Below are positions 47,801 through 63,800 of a stretch of DNA of 64,000 bases, piece after piece. The position numbers and the translations under genes were made by a program. Origin of the DNA: Macrostomum lignano (taxonomy: Eukaryota); the NCBI GenBank assembly GCA_002269645.1, contig NIVC01000827.1:248001-312000 (forward strand), given 5' to 3'. The notes beneath the pieces are model-generated. The model was not told the origin of the DNA. It made no database searches and saw nothing but the letters and a program-made list of their open reading frames with translations. Position 1 is the stretch's first letter, and the number at the start of each line of letters is the position of its first letter.

Positions 47801-47823
47801 AGAAATACTTTTATTTCTTTCAT
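44815..47823 (-). CDS. Delta-like Notch-ligand-type membrane protein (SP, C2/MNNL, DSL-like, 3 EGF, TM, cytoplasmic tail); exons 47823-47779, 47639-46590, 45991-45846, 45115-44815
   Basis: Signal peptide MKEIKVFLLLIFSML-LLGVVRS, CDPYFLISV, CRPNFYQAACSVHC..C..C..C, three EGF repeats (the last with DVDEC), TM LVMPILLLAVLLIVVCSLTAIVAGIMVY, and a tail with YYEEV and PPPQPPPR. GT-AG junctions keep the frame. Confidence 0.85.
46330..46520. mobile_element. Small MITE-like element with inverted CAAACCCGAAATTT motifs, in a Delta-like intron
   Basis: ACCGAAATTT/ACCCGAAATTT motifs on the left are mirrored by AAATTTCGG(G)T on the right. Confidence 0.45.
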
Positions 47824-48863
47824 ATCATGTAATCTTTCTATTGAATAATTGTTAAATATGCAATCTTTTCAAAAAACCTTCAACTCTTGTCGAAAAGCTG
47901 CAGCACTGGCCAGCCCATGATGCGCAATATTTGATTTAAACTGCGTACTTTCACATTTCGGTGTAGTTAAAACAAAATAAATTGTATGAAGTAGCTATTA
48001 TTTTATTGTTATTAGATATTCGGCAATGGGTGAAAAATCTTGTGGGATTTTCGAAAATTTTAAGCCTAAAATGTCGAGTGTATTTTATAAAACTTTATTT
48101 AAAAATTTAATTGAAAGTATGTATTAGCGTATGTATAATATGACTGTGTAAAATATAAAATAAATTCTATTTTTATAGTATGGCCCTAAGCGACATTTGT
48201 TTTTTAAATAACGGTTTGTTAAAAATTCTGAACTGACACCAGGAAGTATTCATTTTGTAAAAATGATTGTCGGCAGTCTTCGTAGATTTTTTTCATTATA
48301 TACTAGAAAATGATAGAAATATGCGACAAATTTTTCTTAACTATTCATCATTTTATTCTTTATTTCTAATTTCGCTCCGATTTTACTTCTACTGGATTAG
48401 AAACTTATACAGCGGAATTTTTTTTGTAAAGTCAGCGTGTCCTGGTGAAGCGCCAGCACTACATGAAGCTTTAGCTAAGTATTGTTTTTTATCATATGCA
48501 ATAAAAAACAATCAGCCTGTCAACTATATGCATGTATTTGGGAAGGCCGCCTGCAGCAGTACTATCACATGCAGGTTCAAGAAAAGTAAATGCTTTTTCC
48601 GTACCACTAGACTGGATGATCGCAAGCCATAAAGCCGGAAACTGCATGGGAGTTTGCAAATGTAGGTGAAGAAAAAACTGTTAAATAAATAGCAGAGCAA
48701 AGAAAAGCTAACTGCAGAATTCTAAAAAGATGTTTGCTTCACGAGTAAAAAGTGTCATGCTTTAATCAAACATCTTCATTCCGATTGAAGAGTTGGTGAA
48801 GACATAATTTAATATATTGTCGCTACGGAACATTGCTCCATCTCAAGCCACTCGCGTGCTTGC

Positions 48864-52681
<3,818 letters not shown>

Positions 52682-52981
52682 GTAATGAAAACATAAGCAC
52701 CGAAAGTTTGCGGTCTCAAAGCTGTGTTTGAACTTCTGTGTCCAAAAATTCGAGTAATTGAGTGTCGAGTGCTTTGTTAAAATAAAAAAATGCACTAAAA
52801 CAGAAATCGCTAGAAAATCCCTGCCCAAAAACAACACAGATGAAACCAATAAGCGAAGTACATTAGCTGTTTCCATAAGTACAGTGTACGTGCCTAAATA
52901 AAATACACGTATATTAATGTGGGTTTGCAGACGAGCACGGATCCTGGCTGCATATCACGGCTTTACTCCGAAGTCCCGAGC

Positions 52982-55900
52982 TCACTCAGCTGGGCTTAGG
53001 AGTCTCGTCATCGTAGCGGCCAGGCAAAATGCCTGGAATTTAAAAACAAATCCGTGTTGTTAATTGGTTTGTGTAGTTAATCAGCCGTACAATTTTACTG
53101 ATACAATTTATTCTTTGAAGCCAGAAAACCTCCCTTTTCCTACCTTTATGCATGAGCCAAACACCGACCAGACTAAATTGGACCACAGGTTAAACCAGAG
53201 TCCATCGCTGATTTTGGTCAGACAGTCCTGCAAAATTGTCACAGGATTATACGGTCAGGGCTGTGTTGGAGTGTTGGAGCTGTGCAGTGAGGATCAGTCA
53301 GGGCTGTGTTGGAGTGTTGGAGCTGTGCAGTGAGGATCGGTCAGGGCTGTGCTGGAGTGTTGGAGCTGTGCAGTGAGGATCGGTCAGGGCTGTGCTGGAG
53401 TGTTGGAGCTGTGCAGTGAGGATCAGTCAGGGCTGTGTTGGAGTGTTGGAGCTGTGCAGTGAGGATCGGTCAGGGCTGTGTTGGAGTGTTGGAGCTGTGC
53501 AGTGAGGATCGGTCAGGGCTGTGTTGGAGTGTTGGAGCTGTGCAGTGAGGATTGGTCAGGGCTGTGTTGGAGCTGTGCAGTGAGGATTGGTCAGGGCTGT
53601 GTTGGAGCTGTGCAGTGAGGATCGGTCAGGGCTGTGTTGGAGTGTTGGAGCTGTGCAGTGAGGATCGGTCAGGGCTGTGTTGGAGTGTTGGAGCTGTGCA
53701 GTGAGGATTGGTCAGGGCTGTGTTGGAGCTGTGCAGTGAGGATTGGTCAGGGCTGTGTTGGAGCTGTGCAGTGAGGATCGGTCAGGGCTGAGTTGGAGTG
53801 TTGGAGCTGTGCAGTTAGGCTTTTACGCATCTGTGCATAGTAGAATTGCAGGCTACTCACCTTCTCAAAAACGTACCTGTTTATCCGAGCCTCCTTCATG
53901 TTCACAGCCACTCTGCACTTCTCCTTGCTAGTCATGCCCAGACAGCACGAGAGAGGCAGGGTGACGTTCTTTTTGCCAGCAGTGGAATTTGCATTAGCCT
54001 GCTTGTACCACGGAGTCCGTAGGAACAGATTTTCTTCCGCATTGTCACTGAAGCCACAGCACTTTTCCTGTGTTGAGTATCGTTGATGAGGCCAATTTTG
54101 TCATGTAAACGCGTGACCCCTATTTCGATTCACACACCTGACAAGTGGAAAGTCAGGACACCCTCTGTGAACGCCCTTGCATGTGCTCAGAAGTCAATAA
54201 ACTGGACAAAATTGCCTCACGGCTGTTTATGGGACAAGGTCGCCGAAGAAGTTGCGCCAGGGGGCCCCCGTCCTCTGACGCATATTTTTAAAGGGATGTC
54301 AACTCAAGCACTGGAATGGAGCCAAAAGTTCAGCTCCTCGCTAAACCGAGCGCATTCGATGACTTGTCAAACCAGTCAACCAGAATCACTTAGAGACATC
54401 AAATCGTGAGCGTTTTGACTAGTAGAATGTAAATCATTCTCACCCTCTTCTGATAGTTCTCTATGGACCAGGTGAACTTCTTCGATGCAGAGTCTTCCTT
54501 TCCGAACTGATTAACGATCTTCTCTTCAATGGCGTTTTTGTTGACTCTGGACAGGGACTTCGTGGCGGTGAATGCCACGACTAGCAGGATGACGTCCATG
54601 ACGATAGCTACGGCAAGGAAGCTGATGATCTGTAAGGATGGGACAGGCAGCTACAGATGGGACAGGGGGATGCAGATGGGACAGGGGATACAGATGGGAC
54701 AGGGGGATACGGATGGGACAGGGGGATGCAGATGAGACAGGCAGCTACAGATGGGACAGGCAGCTACAGATGGGACAGGCAGCTACAGATGGGACAGGCA
54801 GATACAGATGGGACAGGCAGCTACAGATGGGACAGGGGGATACAGATGGGACAGGCAGCTACAGATGGGACAGGGGGATACAGATGGGACAGGGGGATGC
54901 AGATGGGACAGGGAGCTACAGATGGGACAGGCAGCTACAGATGGGACAGGGGGATACAGATGGGACAGGGGGATCCAGATGGGACAGGGGGATACAGATG
55001 GGACAGGCAGCTACAGATGGGACAGGCAGCTACAGATGGGACAGGGGGATACAGATGGGACAGGGGGATACAGATGGGACAGGGGGATACAGATGGGACA
55101 GGCAGCTACAGATGGGACAGGGGGATACAGATGGGACAGGCAGCTACAGATGGGACAGGGGGATACAGATGGGACAGGCAGCTACAGATGGGACAGGGGG
55201 ATGCAGATGAGACAGGGGGATACAGATGGGACAGGGGGATACAGATGGGACAGGCAGCTACAGATGGGACAGGCAGCTACAGATGGGACAGGGGGATACA
55301 GATGGGACAGGGGGATACAGATGGGACAGGGGGATACAGATGAGACAGGGGGATACAGATGAGACAGGGGGATACAGATGGGACAGGGGGATACAGATGA
55401 GACAGGGGGATACAGATGGGACAGGGGATACAGATGAGACAGGGGGATACAGATGAGACAGGGGGATACAGATGGGACAGGGGATACAGATGGGACAGGG
55501 GGATACAGATGGGACAGGGGATACAGATGGGACAGGGGGATACAGATGGGACAGGCAGCTACAGATGGGACAGGGGGATACAGATGGGACAGGCAGCTAC
55601 AGATGGGACAGGGGGATACAGATGGGACAGGGGGATACAGATGGGACAGGGGGGTACAGATGGGACAGGCAGCTACAGATGGGAGCTAATGGTGACAACG
55701 GAGCTCATGATTTAATAGATTTTTGCAAAAAACAATCACGAGTCCTGTGATTTTTTAGCCCTTAGCCACACCACAGCCTCATCAAGTACAAACTTCTGAA
55801 ATAGCTCAACTCACCGCCATCAACATGGCGCGTCTGTTGAGCAGGACAGCAACGAGGCCCAGAATCCCGATAAGCAGGCTAACCAGACCGAACACTATCG

Positions 55901-56114
55901 AGGTCCATCTGTCGTTCTCAAACGTGTCAACTTCATTGAATTCCTCTACTTTGTCAGATTCTTCAATTTTCGGTTTGATTATCAAGTCGATGGCGCCAAA
56001 GCCAATTCTGATGGATCCCCACAAGATGAAGGCGGTGTAACTCGCGAGAAGGAGGCGCCGTAAGACAATGCCTGAGAGAATCATGTTCCTTCTTTCAGTA
56101 TAATAATTGTTCAA
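52982..56114 (-). CDS. Tetraspanin (~275 aa); exons 56114-55815, 54629-54444, 54067-53861, 53227-53144, 53032-52982
   Basis: Three clear TM segments, then an EC2 loop with EKCCGF, LPLSCC, C and DCL, then a fourth hydrophobic segment. All introns are phase-0 GT-AG. Confidence 0.88.
53256..53815. repeat. 43/35-bp minisatellite in tetraspanin intron 3
   Basis: CAGGGCTGTGTTGGAGTGTTGGAGCTGTGCAGTGAGGATCGGT units. Confidence 0.95.
54638..55690. repeat. 19-bp two-variant minisatellite in tetraspanin intron 1
   Basis: GGGACAGGGGGATACAGAT and GGGACAGGCAGCTACAGAT units. Confidence 0.95.
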
Positions 56115-56289
56115 ATTAGTAGTTCAACCATTTTGTATTTTGTTAAACCCTCCGAATCCACGACTTGTGCCAAAGGATTTGGCCTTCAGTGTGAAATTTT
56201 TATAGTCTATGTTTATAAGGTCACCGATTTGAATTGGACATCTTGTTTTTCGTTTGAGTTATTGCTGCTTCCGAATCAATCTGGCTATT

Positions 56290-57090
56290 GATCCATGCCG
56301 TTTCCTGTAAATCCATGCCGCCCCCTGTAAATCCATGCCGTTCCCTGTTAATCCATGCCGTTCGCTGTTAATCCATGCCGTTCGCTGTTGATTCATGCCG
56401 TTCGCTGTTAATCCATGCCGTTCGCTGTTAATCCATGCCGTTCGCTGTTGATTCATGTCGTTCCCTGTTAATCCATGCCGTTCCCTGTAAATCCATGCCG
56501 TTCCCTGTTAATCCATGCCGTTCGCTGTTGATTCATGTCGTTCCCTGTTAATCCATGCCGTTCCCTGTAAATCCATGCCGTTCCCTGTTAATCCATGCCG
56601 TTCGCTGTTGATTCATGTCGTTCCCTGTAAATCCATGCTGTTCCCTGTTAATCCATGCCGTTCTCTGTAAATCCATGCCGTTCCCTGTTAATCCATGCCG
56701 TTCGCTGTTGATTCATGTCGTTCCCTGTTGATTCATGCCGTTCCCTGTTAATCCATGCCGTTCCCTGTTAATCCATGCCGTTCCCTGTTAATCCATGCCG
56801 TTCCCTGTTAATCCATGCCGTTCCCTGTTAATCCATGCCGTTCCCTGTTAATCCATGCCGTTCGCTGTTGATTCATGCCGTTCCCTGTTAATCCATGCCG
56901 TTCGCTGTTGATTCATGCCGTTCGCTGTTAATCCATGCCGTTCGCTGTTGATTCATGTCGTTCCCTGTTAATCCATGCCGTTCCCTGTAAATCCATGCCG
57001 TTCCCTGTTAATCCATGCCGTTCGCTGTTGATTCATGCCGTTCCCTGTTAATCCATGCCGTTCCCTGTTAATCCATGCCGTTCCCTGCCA
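56290..57090. repeat. 20-bp minisatellite (ATCCATGCCGTTCCCTGTTA)
   Basis: Direct reading. Confidence 0.95.
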
Positions 57091-57099
57091 TTCTATGCC

Positions 57100-57312
<213 letters not shown>

Positions 57313-57889
57313 ACCAGCGCCCTCCCAGTGTTGGAGGTGGCAACCAGTGGACTGAGCTAGCAGTTAAAACAAAACAGCTTTACTCGCTAGAGATCAATGC
57401 TTTTCTTTGCTGAGTTGGCAAGCTCGGCTGAGGGGGTGTGAGTCGTCGAAGAGCGTTTCGGGACGGTACGCACATTGAGCACAGGGACAATGGCTTCACT
57501 TCAGAATGTGAATCGATGCCTTAACGCGGAGGGTCCGACCTGGACGGAGCAGGAGGTGGCGCCACCACTTGCTGCTCACAGCCCGGTTTACGAGCCTCAG
57601 TGCTACGCTGGGAAACACCTGCTCCAACTCTGCTAGCCACCAGGCCATTGCCCACGAAGTCACCCCAGCGAACTCTCTCCACCCCCCGCATGCGTTCGCG
57701 AGTCGCCATTGGAAGCGGAAGACGCTATACTGCTATAACTATGCTGCCGCCCCCAGTCCGCGAGCTTCTCCGACTTTCCAACACACGCCCAGTTCGAAAA
57801 CTGCTATAGAAAATATCGTAGCAGTTCGCATTTTGTCGTTGAACAATCAACAACTGCAGGCTACTGTTTTGATTTGCTCAAGCAAGAGT

Positions 57890-60800
57890 ATGCTGCTGAA
57901 GGGCAGAGCTGCTGCGGTGAGCAGCTTGTTGCTGCTCGTTTTGCTTCTGGTTGGAACTCGCTGCCAAGCCAGACCAGTGCGAGGACCAGGTGAGTAGCAC
58001 CTGATGTAGCAAACAGAGTAACAAATATTGTGCAAAACATCATAGCAACTACTTGATTGCTATGCACTTGAAGGACTTCCTTTGAAACCCGCAACTTTAC
58101 AGAGTCTGAAGAGCACGAGGAATTTTATCCAGAAGAGGAAGAAGAGGAGTTTTTTCCCGGTAAAAAAGGAGGAAGTGTCGTTTCAGAAGAATGTGAGTAG
58201 TTTTTCGACAGTCCAATAAACATTAAAACGCGTTTAATAACTGCATTCACAACTGCGTAATGCTTGAATCGCTTCAGTGCTGAAAAAGCTCCTGGCCGGC
58301 CGAGATGAAGTGTCGCGGTCGTCAAAGGACATCCAGAAAGGTAAATCTGTAAAAGAGATTTAGCACATTAAACTATTCAATTATTCTACAAGCTTGGAGC
58401 ACCATTTTCGATCTGCAGGAAGGCGCAAATCCGATGGCAAAAACCCGAAGGTTGTGCCGCCCGCGAGGAAAAAGCGTAAGCCACAAATTCTGCATTTTCA
58501 CTGTGAAATTCTTAGTAAAATTTGCTTTGTCTTTCAGTAGAGCGCAAAGTTCACAGCCTACCAAGAATTCACCCAAGCCGGAAAGTGGGCGGAAGCAGGA
58601 AGTCTGCGCCACCGGTGAGGAAAGGTAGGTCAGGAACTTTACCTGCATAATTTGGTTTTGCTCTTCTTGCCGTAAGACATGTTGGCGGAAAGAGTTCCCT
58701 ACCAAAGAGTGAGTTTCAGATAACATCAGATAGCAAGCAAACATCAATCCAAATTGGCGGTTTCAGAGAAGAACCAAAAGAATCGTAGAATCGTTTTGGG
58801 AGGCTCCGAGAGCTCCCTGCCGCCTCAGTTTAGAAGTGAGTATCAGCGCCATGACTCACAATGGCGACATTTCTGACACACTAGCATGCAATTCATCAAC
58901 AAGTTTGACTGTTTCAGAGAAGAACAAGAAGAGGATGATTGTAGGCGGCTCCGAGAGCTCCCTGCCGCCTCAGTTTAGAAGTGAGTATCAGCGCCATGAC
59001 TCACAATGGCGACATTTCTGACACACTAGCATGCAATTCATCAAGAAGTTTGACTGTTTCAGAGAAGAACAAGAAGAGGATGATTGTAGGCGGCTCCGAG
59101 AGCTCCCTGCCGCCTCAGTTTAGAAGTGAGTATCAGCGCCATGACTCACAATGGCGACATTTCTGACACACTAGCATGCAATTCATCAAGAAGTTTGACT
59201 GTTTCAGAGAAGAACAAGAAGAGGATGATTGTAGGCGGCTCCGAGAGCTCCCTGCCGCCTCAGTTTAGAAGTGAGTATCAGCGCCATGACTCACAATGGC
59301 GACATTTCTGACACACTAGCATGCAATTCATCAAGAAGTTTGACTGTTTCAGAGAAGAACAAGAAGAGGATGATTGTAGGCGGCTCCGAGAGCTCCCTGC
59401 CGCCTCAATTCAGAAGTGAGTATCAGCGCCATGACTAACAATGGCGACATTTCTGACACACTTTAGCATGAAATTGATCAACAAGTTTGACTGTTTCAGA
59501 GAAGAACAAGAAGAGGATGATTGTAGGCGGCTCCGAGAGCTCCCTACCGCCTCAGTTCAGAAGTGAGTATTAGCGCCATGACTCACAATGGCGACATTTC
59601 TGACACACTTTAGCATGAAATTGATCAAGAAGTTTGACTGTTTCAGAGAAGAACAAGAAGAGGATGATTGTAGGCGGCTCCGAGAGCTCCCTGCCGCCTC
59701 AGTTTAGAAGTGAGTATCAGCGCCATGACTCACAATTGCGACATTTCTGACACACTTTAGCATGAAATTGATCAAGAAGTTTGACTGTTTCAGAGAAGAA
59801 CAAGAAGAGGATGATTGTAGGCGGCTCCGAGAGCTCCCTGCCGCCTCAGTTTAGAAGTGAGTATCAGCGCCATGACTCACAATGGCGACATTTCTGACAC
59901 ACTAGCATGCAATTCATCAACAAGTTTGACTGTTTCAGAGAAGAACAAGAAGAGGATGATTGTAGGCGGCTCCGAGAGCTCCCTGCCGCCTCAGTTTAGA
60001 AGTGAGTATCAGCGCCATGACTCACAATGGCGACATTTCTGACACACTAGCATGCAATTCATCAAGAAGTTTGACTGTTTCAGAGAAGAACAAGAAGAGG
60101 ATGATTGTAGGCGGCTCCGAGAGCTCCCTGCCGCCTCAGTTTAGAAGTGAGTATCAGCGCCATGACTCACAATGGCGACATTTCTGACACACTAGCATGC
60201 AATTCATCAAGAAGTTTGACTGTTTCAGAGAAGAACAAGAAGAGGATGATTGTAGGCGGCTCCGAGAGCTCCCTGCCGCCTCAGTTTAGAAGTGAGTATC
60301 AGCGCCATGACTCACAATGGCGACATTTCTGACACACTAGCATGCAATTCATCAAGAAGTTTGACTGTTTCAGAGAAGAACAAGAAGAGGATGATTGTAG
60401 GCGGCTCCGAGAGCTCCCTGCCGCCTCAGTTTAGAAGTGAGTATCAGCGCCATGACTCACAATGGCGACATTTCTGACACACTAGCATGCAATTCATCAA
60501 GAAGTTTGACTGTTTCAGAGAAGAACAAGAAGAGGATGATTGTAGGCGGCTCCGAGAGCTCCCTGCCGCCTCAGTTTAGAAGTGAGTATCAGCGCCATGA
60601 CTCACAATGGCGACATTTCTGACACACTAGCATGCAATTCATCAAGAAGTTTGACTGTTTCAGAGAAGAACAAGAAGAGGATGATTGTAGGCGGCTCCGA
60701 GAGCTCCCTGCCGCCTCAGTTTAGAAGTGAGTATCAGCGCCATGACTCACAATGGCGACATTTCTGACACACTAGCATGCAATTCATCAACAAGTTTGAC

Positions 60801-63800
60801 TGTTTCAGAGAAGAACAAGAAGAGGATGATTGTAGGCGGCTCCGAGAGCTCCCTGCCGCCTCAGTTTAGAAGTGAGTATCAGCGCCATGACTCACAATGG
60901 CGACATTTCTGACACACTAGCATGCAATTCATCAAGAAGTTTGACTGTTTCAGAGAAGAACAAGAAGAGGATGATTGTAGGCGGCTCCGAGAGCTCCCTG
61001 CCGCCTCAATTCAGAAGTGAGTATCAGCGCCATGACTAACAATGGCGACATTTCTGACACACTTTAGCATGAAATTGATCAACAAGTTTGACTGTTTCAG
61101 AGAAGAACAAGAAGAGGATGATTGTAGGCGGCTCCGAGAGCTCCCTACCGCCTCAGTTCAGAAGTGAGTATTAGCGCCATGACTCACAATGGCGACATTT
61201 CTGACACACTTTAGCATGAAATTGATCAAGAAGTTTGACTGTTTCAGAGAAGAACAAGAAGAGGATGATTGTAGGCGGCTCCGAGAGCTCCCTGCCGCCT
61301 CAGTTTAGAAGTGAGTATCAGCGCCATGACTCACAATTGCGACATTTCTGACACACTTTAGCATGAAATTGATCAAGAAGTTTGACTGTTTCAGAGAAGA
61401 ACAAGAAGAGGATGATTGTAGGCGGCTCCGAGAGCTCCCTGCCGCCTCAGTTTAGAAGTGAGTATCAGCGCCATGACTCACAATGGCGACATTTCTGACA
61501 CACTAGCATGCAATTCATCAACAAGTTTGACTGTTTCAGAGAAGAACAAGAAGAGGATGATTGTAGGCGGCTCCGAGAGCTCCCTGCCGCCTCAGTTTAG
61601 AAGTGAGTATCAGCGCCATGACTCACAATGGCGACATTTCTGACACACTAGCATGCAATTCATCAAGAAGTTTGACTGTTTCAGAGAAGAACAAGAAGAG
61701 GATGATTGTAGGCGGCTCCGAGAGCTCCCTGCCGCCTCAGTTTAGAAGTGAGTATCAGCGCCATGACTCACAATGGCGACATTTCTGACACACTAGCATG
61801 CAATTCATCAACAAGTTTGACTGTTTCAGAGAAGAACAAGAAGAGGATGATTGTAGGCGGCTCCGAGAGCTCCCTGCCGCCTCAGTTTAGAAGTGAGTAT
61901 CAGCGCCATGACTCACAATGGCGACATTTCTGACACACTAGCATGCAATTCATCAAGAAGTTTGACTGTTTCAGAGAAGAACAAGAAGAGGATGATTGTA
62001 GGCGGCTCCGAGAGCTCCCTGCCGCCTCAATTCAGAAGTGAGTATCAGCGCCATGACTAACAATGGCGACATTTCTGACACACTTTAGCATGAAATTGAT
62101 CAACAAGTTTGACTGTTTCAGAGAAGAACAAGAAGAGGATGATTGTAGGCGGCTCCGAGAGCTCCCTACCGCCTCAGTTCAGAAGTGAGTATTAGCGCCA
62201 TGACTCACAATGGCGACATTTCTGACACACTTTAGCATGAAATTGATCAAGAAGTTTGACTGTTTCAGAGAAGAACAAGAAGAGGATGATTGTAGGCGGC
62301 TCCGAGAGCTCCCTGCCGCCTCAGTTTAGAAGTGAGTATCAGCGCCATGACTCACAATTGCGACATTTCTGACACACTTTAGCATGAAATTGATCAAGAA
62401 GTTTGACTGTTTCAGAGAAGAACAAGAAGAGGATGATTGTAGGCGGCTCCGAGAGCTCCCTGCCGCCTCAGTTTAGAAGTGAGTATCAGCGCCATGACTC
62501 ACAATGGCGACATTTCTGACACACTAGCATGCAATTCATCAACAAGTTTGACTGTTTCAGAGAAGAACAAGAAGAGGATGATTGTAGGCGGCTCCGAGAG
62601 CTCCCTGCCGCCTCAGTTTAGAAGTGAGTATCAGCGCCATGACTCACAATGGCGACATTTCTGACACACTAGCATGCAATTCATCAAGAAGTTTGACTGT
62701 TTCAGAGAAGAACAAGAAGAGGATGATTGTAGGCGGCTCCGAGAGCTCCCTGCCGCCTCAGTTTAGAAGTGAGTATCAGCGCCATGACTCACAATGGCGA
62801 CATTTCTGACACACTAGCATGCAATTCATCAACAAGTTTGACTGTTTCAGAGAAGAACAAGAAGAGGATGATTGTAGGCGGCTCCGAGAGCTCCCTGCCG
62901 CCTCAGTTTAGAAGTGAGTATCAGCGCCATGACTCACAATGGCGACATTTCTGACACACTAGCATGCAATTCATCAACAAGTTTGACTGTTTCAGAGAAG
63001 AACAAGAAGAGGATGATTGTAGGCGGCTCCGAGAGCTCCCTACCGCCTCAGTTCAGAAGTGAGTATCAGCGCCATGACTCACAATGGCGACATTTCTGAC
63101 ACACTAGCATGCAATTCATCAAGAAGTTTGACTGTTTCAGAGAAGAACAAGAAGAGGATGATTGTAGGCGGCTCCGAGAGCTCCCTGCCGCCTCAGTTTA
63201 GAAGTGAGTATCAGCGCCATGACTCACAATGGCGACATTTCTGACACACTAGCATGAAATTGATCAAGAAGTTTGACTGTTTCAGAGAAGAACAAGAAGA
63301 GGATGATTGTAGGCGGCTCCGAGAGCTCCCTGCCGCCTCAATTCAGAAGTGAGTATCAGCGCCATGACTAACAATGGCGACATTTCTGACACACTTTAGC
63401 ATGAAATTGATCAAGAAGTTTGACTGTTTCAGAGAAGAACAAGAAGAGGATGATTGTAGGCGGCTCTGAGAGCTCCCTGCCGCCTCAATTCAGAAGTGAG
63501 TATCAGCGCCATGACTCACAATGGCGACATTTCTGACACACTAGCATGCAATTCATCAAGAAGTTTGACTGTTTCAGAGAAGAACAAGAAGAGGATGATT
63601 GTAGGCGGCTCCGAGAGCTCCCTACCGCCTCAGTTCAGAAGTGAGTATCAGCGCCATGACTCACAATGGCGACATTTCTGACACACTTTAGCATGAAATT
63701 GATCAAGAAGTTTGACTGTTTCAGAGAAGAACAAGAAGAGGATGATTGTAGGCGGCTCCGAGAGCTCCCTACCGCCTCAGTTTAGAAGTGAGTATCAGCG

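Noticed and set aside
54638-55750. MGQGDTDGTGGYRWDR repeat ORFs
   Set aside because: These come from a 19-bp intronic minisatellite on the strand opposite the tetraspanin, and all three frames give the same rotating peptide.
58836-63681. Repeated 61-aa ORFs MSISAMTHNG... in the ORF track
   Set aside because: They start at the GTG of the splice donor and read through intron sequence. The 2-nt intronic indels break them, whereas the spliced 63-nt exon frame is preserved.
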